NCBI GenBank assembly: GCA_905480105.1 | Contig: CAJQPC010000071.1 | Span: 55,594 to 119,593, forward strand | DNA: 64,000 bases | Reading direction: 5' to 3' | Source of the DNA: an uncultured bacterium | GTDB taxonomy: Bacteria > Myxococcota_A > UBA796 > CAJQPC01 | Shown: piece by piece, positions 46,998 to 56,742 of the stretch | How the letters are laid out: every line of letters begins with the position of its first letter | Position numbering within the stretch: the first letter of the stretch is position 1 | Made by a program: the position numbers and the translations under genes | Notes under the pieces: generated by a model | Databases searched by the model: none | Told to the model about the DNA's origin: nothing | Seen by the model: the letters and a program-made list of their open reading frames with translations, nothing else

Positions 46998-48176
46998 TTA
47001 GGGCGTCGCAAGCAGCTCCGCGACCGCCGTATAGCCACTTCTCATGGCCCCATGGACCGCGACGGTGTTCTGGGACGTGAACGCGCCTCCAGCCCAATAC
47101 AGGCGGTCATCCACGCTGGCAGACAGCGAATCGATGTCCCTCAAGGCGTCTGCCCCATAGACGTAGGCGCCCTGAATCCACGGCTCCTGGCTCCAGTTCT
47201 GGACGCGGGCGTTGAGCAGGTTCCGCGAGGCTGCACCGTCAAAGGCTGCATCCAGGTGCTGGAGGAGACGCTCCACGACCGCCTCGTCCTCCAAGCCCAC
47301 ATACTGAGCGGCTTGACGCCCGACACAGAAGAGGCTCAATAGATTCTGAGCGGACCCTTTGCGGAAGACCCCGTCCATCGCCAAGTGATCTACCCCACCC
47401 TGACCCAAGGGGCTCAACATGGTCAGGTCGGGATAGAACTTGGACTCCATCTCCAAGAAGACCTTGAGCCCGTCGACCACCTCACGCCCGTCGATGGCCT
47501 GCTGCTTCCACTCGGGAAGCTCCGGTGTGAAGGCAATGCGCCCTTGCTGCAGGATCTTCAAGGGCACGGCCAGAATCACCCGATCGGCCTGCTCGACGCG
47601 CCCGTCCTCCAGGTGGACGCTGACGCCGCTGCCCGAGGAGTCGATGGCGACCACCGGCGTGTTCAGCTGGAGCCGGTCAGCCGAGGCCGGCAGGAACCAG
47701 TCTTCCAGATAGGAATGCCAGGTCGTGCGTTTAAACTTGAACTCACCGTAGAGGTGCCGGAATCCGTCCATGGACTGCAGACGCGACCCCGTCCAGAGGC
47801 TCGTGGTCTGCGGGGCGTAGCGAACAACATCCAGGCTGGCGTTCACCCCGCTGTCATCAATGAGCTCGGCCAGCACACTGGGCTGGTCGTGGATCCACTC
47901 TGCGCCCAGGTCGATGGGCACATCCACAAAGTCATCCATGCGCTGTACGCGCCCACCCCAGCGGCTGCTGGCTTCGACAATCGTGTAGTCGATGCCGTAG
48001 CGCTCCAGCAGGTACCCGGCGGCCAATCCAGCGGCCCCGGCTCCCACAACCACCACGCGGCCCTGGAAGTTCACCGGCAAATCCCACCAGGTTCCCTGCG
48101 AGGCGCAGCCCACCGTCGGCAGCAAAGACACCAGCCCCGCGCCCGCGGCGCCCTTGAGAAAGCTCCGACGTCTCAT
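46998..48176 (-). CDS. flavin-dependent amine oxidase with TAT/lipobox signal
   Basis: MRRRSFLKGAAGAGLVSLLPTVGC signal. FAD dinucleotide motif VVVVGAGAAGLAAGYLL..EASSRWGGR. Confidence 0.8.
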   Translation of the reverse strand: MRRRSFLKGAAGAGLVSLLPTVGCASQGTWWDLPVNFQGRVVVVGAGAAGLAAGYLLERYGIDYTIVEASSRWGGRVQRMDDFVDVPIDLGAEWIHDQPSVLAELIDDSGVNASLDVVRYAPQTTSLWTGSRLQSMDGFRHLYGEFKFKRTTWHSYLEDWFLPASADRLQLNTPVVAIDSSGSGVSVHLEDGRVEQADRVILAVPLKILQQGRIAFTPELPEWKQQAIDGREVVDGLKVFLEMESKFYPDLTMLSPLGQGGVDHLAMDGVFRKGSAQNLLSLFCVGRQAAQYVGLEDEAVVERLLQHLDAAFDGAASRNLLNARVQNWSQEPWIQGAYVYGADALRDIDSLSASVDDRLYWAGGAFTSQNTVAVHGAMRSGYTAVAELLATP

Positions 48177-48742
48177 GGGTTCTCCTTCCCTGAAAGCAGC
48201 ACACCAAAATTCACCGTAAACACTGTTCCCCCATTACTTTCCCATGCAAGCTGCTGACCCACACTCAGGTCAAGGAACACCGGAAACTGCCGCGAATGCC
48301 GCCAGGACAACCGCGTAGAGAGCTGCGGTACGGCCCAAAGCTGTTGTTCCCACACACCTTCAGAGCTGCCATCGGCGAGGTTCAGGCTCCTCTCGGTGGT
48401 CCGAGACTCCAGGCCCAAGCCGACGCCCACAGTGCTGGCGATGCGCAGAGTTCCGTCATCACCGAGCCGCTGCCACTCTGCGCCAAACTGAGGCGTGAGC
48501 TGACCATGAAAGGAGTCCTTGGGATTCACCCAACCGGCGAGGTCCAGCCCACCCTGCCACCGCGTGGCACCCAGGTCCCTACGAAGCCCGAGAATCAAAC
48601 CCGGCTGGCTCAGCCAGGGCAAGGTCAGTCCCAGGCTGAGCGCCTGCGGTGAAGGTTGGACCAAGGGCTGGACCAGAGGCTCAGAAGGGGGATGCGGTGC
48701 ACCGGACTGCGCGAGTGCGAGATCAGCCAACAACAAGATCAT
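48173..48742 (-). CDS. hypothetical secreted protein (possible beta-barrel)
   Basis: ATG 48742 is preceded by GGAG with a 6-nt spacer and gives the signal MILLLADLALAQS. ATGA overlap with the amine oxidase start. Confidence 0.5.
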   Translation of the reverse strand: MILLLADLALAQSGAPHPPSEPLVQPLVQPSPQALSLGLTLPWLSQPGLILGLRRDLGATRWQGGLDLAGWVNPKDSFHGQLTPQFGAEWQRLGDDGTLRIASTVGVGLGLESRTTERSLNLADGSSEGVWEQQLWAVPQLSTRLSWRHSRQFPVFLDLSVGQQLAWESNGGTVFTVNFGVLLSGKENP

Positions 48743-48767
48743 GAGCAGCTCCGGTTGCAACAGGCCA

Positions 48768-48812
48768 CCAACCTGTCAGGTGACATGTGTAGCCTGTCAA
48801 CTGACAGGTTGG
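48768..48812. promoter_or_regulatory. 12-bp perfect inverted repeat, operator- or hairpin-like
   Basis: CCAACCTGTCAG (48768-48779) and CTGACAGGTTGG (48801-48812) are separated by 21 nt. The spacer holds a third CCTGTCA copy. The element lies 26-70 nt upstream of the start at 48742. Confidence 0.5.
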
Positions 48813-48924
48813 CAAGCAAACACAAGGCTGGCGCCCCCCATGAGGTCCTCCTGCGCACGGCTTGAGACCATGGTGCGAGCGCTTAGGCCGCAGCTCTACG
48901 GCACCCCAGCTCTACAGCGTGTCC

Positions 48925-49500
48925 TCAGCCCTGACCGGCCTTGTGCAGCTCTTGGGTCAGCAGCACAAAACCGCTGCTCTGAAATGCACGGACTACAAAG
49001 CCCGGAACGCTGCCGCTGGGCTCGTAGTGCAGCTCGTAGACCACCTTGGTACCTGTGCCTTGGGGGCTCAACTCCCACTTCCCCGTGTCCTTCGCCGGCA
49101 CCACGTTTCCGTCTTTGGCTGTGGGCTGTGTTCCGGTCATGCTCCAAGCGTGCGTGACCGTCTCGCCTGAGACCGCCCGGGAGTAGAGCAGGTGGGCCTC
49201 GCGGTCCGAGATTCCGCCGGCCACATGACGCTGGTAAACCACCGATCCTGCGCTGTCAGTCGAGACCACAGTGGCCTCGGCAATGGAGCTATGCACCTTG
49301 TCGTGTCCACCCAAGTCCGTCAGCACCGCGTCGAGAGCGGCGACGCTCACATCGCTCCAAACACACTCCGCCCGCAAGGTGGGGTAGCCGCTCTCGTTCT
49401 TGGGAGAGCGGAAGTAGTCACAGCCACTCTGGGAGTCGAACTTCTCCCAGCCTGCGGGGGCGGCAAAGGCCAGGGTGACGGTGGCGAGAAGCAAGGACAT
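48925..49500 (-). CDS. secreted START/SRPBCC-like protein
   Basis: ATG 49500 is preceded by GGAG with a 6-nt spacer and gives the signal MSLLLATVTLAFA. The START-like assignment rests on overall pattern only. Confidence 0.45.
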   Translation of the reverse strand: MSLLLATVTLAFAAPAGWEKFDSQSGCDYFRSPKNESGYPTLRAECVWSDVSVAALDAVLTDLGGHDKVHSSIAEATVVSTDSAGSVVYQRHVAGGISDREAHLLYSRAVSGETVTHAWSMTGTQPTAKDGNVVPAKDTGKWELSPQGTGTKVVYELHYEPSGSVPGFVVRAFQSSGFVLLTQELHKAGQG

Positions 49501-49613
49501 TGAAAGCTCCGGGGTCGGGTCCCCTACAGGGGAACACGAAACTACCACCCCCTGGATCCGAGACGCATTCCCTGCGCCGTGGTTGACTAAGCTGGCAGAG
49601 GCAGGAGTCCTGG

Positions 49614-50843
49614 ATGGCGGATCGGAGAGCAGTCGTGATCGGAGGCGGCATCACGGGCACCTTGACGGGCTGTGCGCTGCTGCGTGCGGGCTGGGAAGTG
49701 ACCCTGATCGAGGCCCTGCACATCGGTGCCGGATCGAGCTCCCGCACCGCCGCAGGCATTCGCCAACAGTTTTCCACCCGCGAGAGCGTGCTGGGGATGC
49801 GCTATTCAGTGGATTTTTACAAGCACTGGCAACAGAGCATGGGCCAAGACGGCCAGCCCATCGAGCAGAACGGCTACCTCTTCTTGGTTCAAGGGGAAGA
49901 CGCGTGGAAGGCGGCGCAAAAGCGGGTCAGTGACCAACAGAACTGGGGACTCACAGAGGTTCAAGCGCTCAGCCCCCAACAAACGGTCGAGCGCTTCTCC
50001 TACGTCGACCCCGAAGAGATCACCGGTGCCACCTGGTGTCCGAGCGACGGATTTCTACGCCCAGACGTGGTCTACAGCGAAGCTGCCGCCGCCTTTCGCG
50101 CCCTGGGCGGGACCCTGCTCCAAGGCAGTCCACTGGTCCAGGCCGAGCGGGCCGGAGAGCGCCTAATCAGCATCACAACCGGCAAGGGCGCCGTCCTGAA
50201 CGCCGACGTTTTTCTGGACTGCACAAACGCCTGGAGTCGCCGTGTCGGGGACATCCTGGGTGCCGCACACCTGCCCATACAGGCCCTCAAACGCTACCTG
50301 TGGTTTATCGAGCGCGGCGACTCGATGAGCGAAGCTGAGCTACTCAACATGCCCCTGATCATCTCCCCACAGGGCGCCTACTGCAGGCCCGAGAACGCAG
50401 GTTCTCTCATGACCGGCTGGAAGCACCAAGCTCCCGATGTGAGCGCCAACTTTGCCTACGACGATCAAGACATCATAGAACCCGCCTACTTCCACAAGAA
50501 CGACGCCGATTCTCGGCCCTTCGAGACCTGGATGGCCTTGGCTCAGGCACTGCCACCCGTTGGCGAGTTCGCCGGTATCTCGGCCACCACCGCGGGCTTC
50601 TACGGCACCACCCCGGACCACAACCCCTTCTTGGACTTTGACCCGCAGACGAAGAACCTGATCCGCATGGTGGGTTTCTCCGGCCACGGCGCCATGTTCG
50701 GTCCCTTCTCCGCTCAGGTGGGCCTTGCACTGGCCGAAGCAGGCGAATCCATCGACCATGTCAGGGTCTTGGGCGAGGACGCCGAGCTGGCCCCCTTCAA
50801 GATCAATCGCGACTTTGGCGCCGCCGAGGCCATGGTCATCTGA
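49614..50843 (+). CDS. FAD-dependent oxidoreductase (DAO family)
   Basis: AGGAG lies upstream of ATG 49614. Dinucleotide motif AVVIGGGITGTLTGCALLRAGWEVTLIE. Confidence 0.8.
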   Translation: MADRRAVVIGGGITGTLTGCALLRAGWEVTLIEALHIGAGSSSRTAAGIRQQFSTRESVLGMRYSVDFYKHWQQSMGQDGQPIEQNGYLFLVQGEDAWKAAQKRVSDQQNWGLTEVQALSPQQTVERFSYVDPEEITGATWCPSDGFLRPDVVYSEAAAAFRALGGTLLQGSPLVQAERAGERLISITTGKGAVLNADVFLDCTNAWSRRVGDILGAAHLPIQALKRYLWFIERGDSMSEAELLNMPLIISPQGAYCRPENAGSLMTGWKHQAPDVSANFAYDDQDIIEPAYFHKNDADSRPFETWMALAQALPPVGEFAGISATTAGFYGTTPDHNPFLDFDPQTKNLIRMVGFSGHGAMFGPFSAQVGLALAEAGESIDHVRVLGEDAELAPFKINRDFGAAEAMVI

Positions 50844-50900
50844 ACCCGCGTGCGCACCGCGTTAAGTGACCGTCCCGAAGTTTTCTTAGTTGGAGGACCG

Positions 50901-53069
<2,169 letters not shown>

Positions 53070-53095
53070 GCAGAGCCACCCCGTGAGAGCCGCCC

Positions 53096-53172
53096 ACTGC
53101 GGCTGTGTACTGCGGCTGAGCCAAGCCCCATAAAGCACTGCGGCTGAGCCAAGCCCCGGAAAGCACTGCTGG
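53096..53172 (+). repeat. 28-nt tandem direct repeat in 3' UTR of E1 gene
   Basis: ACTGCGGCTGAGCCAAGCCCCATAAAGC (53109-53136) and ACTGCGGCTGAGCCAAGCCCCGGAAAGC (53137-53164), plus partial copies at 53096-53108 and 53165-53172. Each unit can form GGCT-gagcca-AGCC. Confidence 0.85.
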
Positions 53173-53209
53173 AGTTTGCCCTAAAAGCAACTCAGACAGA
53201 CAAAAGCCG

Positions 53210-54880
53210 AAAACGCAGAAAAGCCCCGAAGCCGTTTCCGGCTTCGGGGCTCTTCATTTTCTCCGCCGTCGCTTTCGCGTCCGCAGAGAGCCTCGTTTTC
53301 CCCCGCAAGGGATTGGAGGGTGACACCCAGCCCGTGGGATTTCCTGTCAGAGAATTCGGGTACTCAAAGCTCTCAGAGTTGCCTCTGTCCGCCTCTCGTG
53401 GGGTTTACCTGAACCTTCAGGTGGCAAACCAGCATTGCTGCTGTTTGTCTGACTGTGTGCTGCGAGTCGTTGGCCTTTCTCGCGTCCCTTCTTGGGCTTC
53501 ATCGGCTCCGCCTTTTGAGCGTGCTGTTTCGATGGGACCTTCAAGGTTTCTCACACACTGCCTGCTTCGTCTTGCAACGATGCCGCCTATTGTCCTTGGG
53601 CGCCTCCTTCAGAGACTCCTTCTTGTACCTGAGCCAGCAAGTCCTTGCTCGGTTTCATCGGCCTGCAAGCAGTCCTCTGTCCGTCTCAACTTCTCTACGA
53701 AGCCTCACCTACCGGGCTGCTTCGCTGTCTCCTTCTCTCCAGGGTTCTTCCGCCTCTCCACCGACATACTCGTCAGCGCCAAATCCTGTGATTCTTCTCC
53801 AAGATGCGCCTCAACTCTTGCGAGTCGTGCAGCCATCCTGTTCTCTGAATCCAATTCATCGACTCTCTTGCGACTCAAGATTGCTCCTGCTTCGCGATGC
53901 GTCCTCTTCAGCTTGATTTGGGTTGAATGAACGGTTGGCCTCGTAGCCAGCTGTTCCCCGAGCTTGTGTCTCCACTCGCTTGTACCTCGCTTCAACGCTT
54001 GCGCGCCTTTGCAAAGTCTCACCATGCTGTTGTTTCTCTCTTGCCAGAGAGAACTGGGTACGTCCTGAGCTTTCTCTGCTCCTCGACGCTTTTCTCCGCA
54101 TCTGAGCTGCAGGCTTATTGCATCCTGCTACCGGTCATAAGGTTCGCTTCCGTTTTGCTCGCTCTTTATCCGTCCGAAAACGGGGCCAGAGTGCTCCTCG
54201 TAGCGCATGACCCTTCAAAGACTTTCCCTCTCCAGAAGCTGAAACCACGTCTCCGTAGCTCCCGTTCCCTCTTGCTGTTTCTTCAAATGACCGCGGACGG
54301 TCCTCACTCGCAATTCTCGAAAGAACTGCGCCTCAGCTTCAGGGCTTTTACTCCTCTGGGAGAGTCCGTTTCGTCCGGTACCCGTTTCCAGGCACCTTCA
54401 GATCGATTCTTCCATGGGCTTTTGGACACTGATTGCGCCGTGGTTTCCGCCCCAAAGGGTGGTCCTAAGCCAGCTTGCTTTCCCAACGAGTTGGTTCCGC
54501 GCTCTGCCCGACTGGCTCCTCGTTCTTCCTGGTGATTACCAGTGGTCCCGAGCGCCCTGTCCCCCTGTTCCACTACCCCAACAAGTGAGGGCGTACAGAG
54601 ACGCCACACATCCGATTTCTCGGTCGCTCCGGTAGGAGCAGTGCAGCAGGTCGTCTACAATCAGCAATGTCAACGTCAAAGAACGTGTTCGAGCGTTTCT
54701 CTCGGCCGACCCCAGCAAGCCGGGTGTCGGTCTCTCCTTGTGCATTGACCGTGCCAACTTTTGGATCAAGTAATTTCAGCTACTTAGCTATGTGCAGTTG
54801 AGAACTCATTCTTTACACCCTGTCCATACGACCCGCCAATTACCAAGCAAGAGAACTCCAAGTACCTAATTTTACTTGTT
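53210..54880 (-). ncRNA. candidate large (~1.6-1.7 kb) structured non-coding RNA, unclassified
   Basis: No credible ORF on either strand. The minus-strand sense is purine-rich. GC is about 55% on sampled lines, against more than 60% for the flanks. There is an AT-rich promoter island upstream and an intrinsic terminator downstream in minus orientation. It also contains GNRA-capped helices such as GGUGCCUG-GAAA-CGGGUACC (54396-54377). The ends are approximate. Confidence 0.35.
53223..53250. terminator. bidirectional intrinsic terminator (best in minus orientation)
   Basis: Perfect 12-bp stem GCCCCGAAGCCG / CGGCTTCGGGGC with a 4-nt loop (GAAA on the minus strand). The minus strand continues TTTTCTGCGTTTTCGGCTTTTG. 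The plus strand continues TCTTCATTTTCT. Confidence 0.85.
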
Positions 54881-54960
54881 GATGAAATTATGTGCACAAT
54901 TATTTACAGTGTGTAAGTATTTTTACACTCTAAATCGACATTCACTCGCAAGACTCTAAG
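54780..54960. promoter_or_regulatory. AT-rich divergent promoter/operator island
   Basis: GC is 20/60 on each of lines 54841-54900 and 54901-54960 by hand count. Motifs include the palindrome TGTGCACA (54891-54898), TTACA-gtg-TGTAA (54904-54916) and GTGTAA-N6-TTACAC (54911-54928). ATGTGCA occurs twice and TTTACA(C) three times. Minus-strand -10-like hexamers are CATAAT (54892-54887) and TAAAAT (54874-54869). Confidence 0.5.
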
Positions 54961-55018
54961 CCAAGCCTTCTCCCCCCCTTCAGGATGCGCTATGGTGGCT
55001 CCTGAACTAGGAGACGCA

Positions 55019-55495
55019 ATGCGCATTCACCTCTGCATCCTGCTTGGAGCCCTGTCCTTGACCGCCTGCAAGAGCGGCGTCACGGTCGAAGACAGCGACA
55101 CCGGAGAAGAGGTCGTGGACGACGGACAGTCTCCAACTCTCAGCGAGCCCAGCGCCAAGTGCGTGGAGCATCCCGATGGCGAAGGCACCGTAGACCTCTG
55201 GAACTTCCAGGTGCTCTTCGATGATCCCCAAGGGACAGAAGATGTACCCCGCAACCTCTTCAGCGAGGCCGACGTGGATGATCAGCACCACATCGAGTGG
55301 CTGCGCGACGGCAACATGGTCGACCAAGCCGGAGTAGTCGCCTGCGACCCCGACGGCGGGACCTGCACCGGAAGCTTTCCCGGCGCATCTTACGGACTGA
55401 CCTGCGCCACCGCCACCGACTGGCGCTTCCGCTTCGTGATCAAGGACTACGACGGAAACGAGGGCACGATTGAGGTTCAGGGAGCAAAGGGCTGA
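55019..55495 (+). CDS. hypothetical lipoprotein
   Basis: AGGAGA lies 4 nt upstream of ATG 55019. Lipobox LSLTAC. Acidic, Cys-containing mature protein. Confidence 0.6.
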   Translation: MRIHLCILLGALSLTACKSGVTVEDSDTGEEVVDDGQSPTLSEPSAKCVEHPDGEGTVDLWNFQVLFDDPQGTEDVPRNLFSEADVDDQHHIEWLRDGNMVDQAGVVACDPDGGTCTGSFPGASYGLTCATATDWRFRFVIKDYDGNEGTIEVQGAKG

Positions 55496-55519
55496 ACCCT
55501 CCGAACTGAATGAGACAAG

Positions 55520-55538
55520 CGGCGCCTTCTGGGCGCCG
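55520..55538 (+). terminator. intrinsic terminator after lipoprotein gene
   Basis: CGGCGCC-ttctg-GGCGCCG (7-bp GC stem) followed by TTTGTGCTCT. Confidence 0.55.
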
Positions 55539-55587
55539 TTTGTGCTCTGGAGTATCCCGCCGTCAGGACCCCTCTACAGAACACCTC

Positions 55588-56619
55588 TCAGCCTCCACTG
55601 ACCTGGCCTATAGCTGGAGCCCGCAACATGACGCGGTCCTGACCAGGCAGACGCACTCGGCGAAGGAGACCCGCCAGCATCAAAGGCTTGTCCACCTGAG
55701 GGACCTCGACCAAGGGCTCGCCGCGCAGGAGCTGATGGAGGCGCTCCGCTAAATCGGAGTCGGCCTTTACAATGTCGACAGCCATGCGCATCTCTTGGCC
55801 CAGCGGACCCAAGGTGCGAACCAGCCCAGCGCGGCTGCGGGGCATGGTGCCCTGGGTCTGTGCGCCGCGTCCCAACGCTTCGACAACAGCTGGGATGCCT
55901 CCGGAGAAGCGCGCAGCGGTCTCTAAGTGCACCCGAGATGATGCCCCCACGCGACCAATTATGGCTGCAGCTGCCTCGGCCTCGCCGTAGTCAGCCAGCT
56001 CGACCCTATGGCCGGTATCCAGGTCCATCCGGGCATTCACACTACCGGCGAGCAGCATCGTGGCGCGCCGCCCCCGGGGAATGCGCTGCACGTAGTTGGC
56101 CCAGACCTCGCCTAGATCCTCGATCACGTCAATCGGAAGGTATTCCGCGCCGTGGCCCAGTAGCGCTAGGTTGTGCTCGGTTTCATCCTGCGCGTGGAGC
56201 AAGATGTCCAGCGCCGCGGAGCGAAATCCACGTCCGTCAGCGACAATGATCGGACTGGTTCCTTGGTTCTGACAGCTCCGAAGCTGACCAAGCACCGAGA
56301 GAATAAAGCTCCAGGCCTCGGGCGCACGGCGGCCCTTCAGAGGACGGAAGGAAACGGTGCGGCAGCCAACGGCGGGCTCTCCAACCGCGAGATCAAGGGC
56401 GATTTCCTCCAGAAATGTCTGGGGGTTGGACCAACGCGGGGTCATCACGACCACAGGCTCCAGGCGGCGCAGGTGCCCGCGTACTCGCCGGGCAGTGCGA
56501 CCACGCAGTGCAGCCTCGATGTAGTGCTGGTCCTGGTCGAAAACAAGCTCACGACGTGCTTGTCCAACGCTGCGCTCCTGCTCGATTCGTCGTGCCAGTC
56601 GGCTAGCCGGTTGGCTCAC
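55588..56619 (-). CDS. hypothetical protein, degenerate P-loop NTPase-like
   Basis: GTG 56619 is preceded by GGAGG with a 5-nt spacer. 343 aa. After the beta-strand-like VVVMT, the expected Walker A position reads PRWSNPQT. No intact GxxxxGK[ST] anywhere. Confidence 0.6.
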   Translation of the reverse strand: MSQPASRLARRIEQERSVGQARRELVFDQDQHYIEAALRGRTARRVRGHLRRLEPVVVMTPRWSNPQTFLEEIALDLAVGEPAVGCRTVSFRPLKGRRAPEAWSFILSVLGQLRSCQNQGTSPIIVADGRGFRSAALDILLHAQDETEHNLALLGHGAEYLPIDVIEDLGEVWANYVQRIPRGRRATMLLAGSVNARMDLDTGHRVELADYGEAEAAAAIIGRVGASSRVHLETAARFSGGIPAVVEALGRGAQTQGTMPRSRAGLVRTLGPLGQEMRMAVDIVKADSDLAERLHQLLRGEPLVEVPQVDKPLMLAGLLRRVRLPGQDRVMLRAPAIGQVSGG

Positions 56620-56742
56620 AGCATCCTCCGCCGCAAAGGGATCTGGACCCTCGGGTCGCTGGAGCCTAGGGTTAGACTCTTGTCATGTCAAGGGAAACCT
56701 TGTCTTAAGGCATCCAGATCGCAACCCGGATAGACTCTCGCC

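Noticed and set aside
46853-47080. A 75-aa plus-strand ORF in the 206-nt convergent spacer after the IPT/TIG gene (METSGMAGFQARRRFYTALDYDQIARETDFFSDGDAKVIFAKRLY...).
   Set aside because: It has no SD. It runs 83 nt into the well-supported C-terminus of the amine oxidase on the other strand, and its tail is Pro/Ser/Arg-rich antisense-like sequence. The first ~48 aa look protein-like, so it is not fully excluded.
53096-53172. The 28-nt direct repeats as a possible CRISPR array.
   Set aside because: The copies are directly tandem with no spacers. There are only two full units, and no cas genes anywhere in the window.
53313-54535. Two back-to-back plus-strand ORFs (53313..53930, 205 aa, and 53927..54535, 202 aa) that could be read as genes filling the gap.
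   Set aside because: The translations are S/L/C/F/R/P-rich low complexity with no motif and no SD. Stop codons need A/G, so long ORFs are expected by chance on a pyrimidine-rich strand. The terminator at 53223-53250 lies upstream rather than downstream of them.
53210-54880. The possibility that the ORF-free region is a known housekeeping RNA (rRNA, tmRNA, RNase P RNA, group II intron).
   Set aside because: No 16S/23S landmarks, no tmRNA ends and no GUGYG or domain-V-like GAGCCGUAU...ACGGUUC were found. The only resemblance is GGAGAGGGAAAGUCUUUGAAGG against RNase P CR-I GAGGAAAGUCCGGGC. The following CGGGC and the other conserved regions are absent. This was checked only by eye and needs cmscan.
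54780-54960. The AT-rich island as the scar or edge of a mobile element or genomic island.
   Set aside because: There is no transposase, integrase or tRNA target. I found no terminal inverted repeats or flanking direct repeats. The flanking genes have normal host-like composition.
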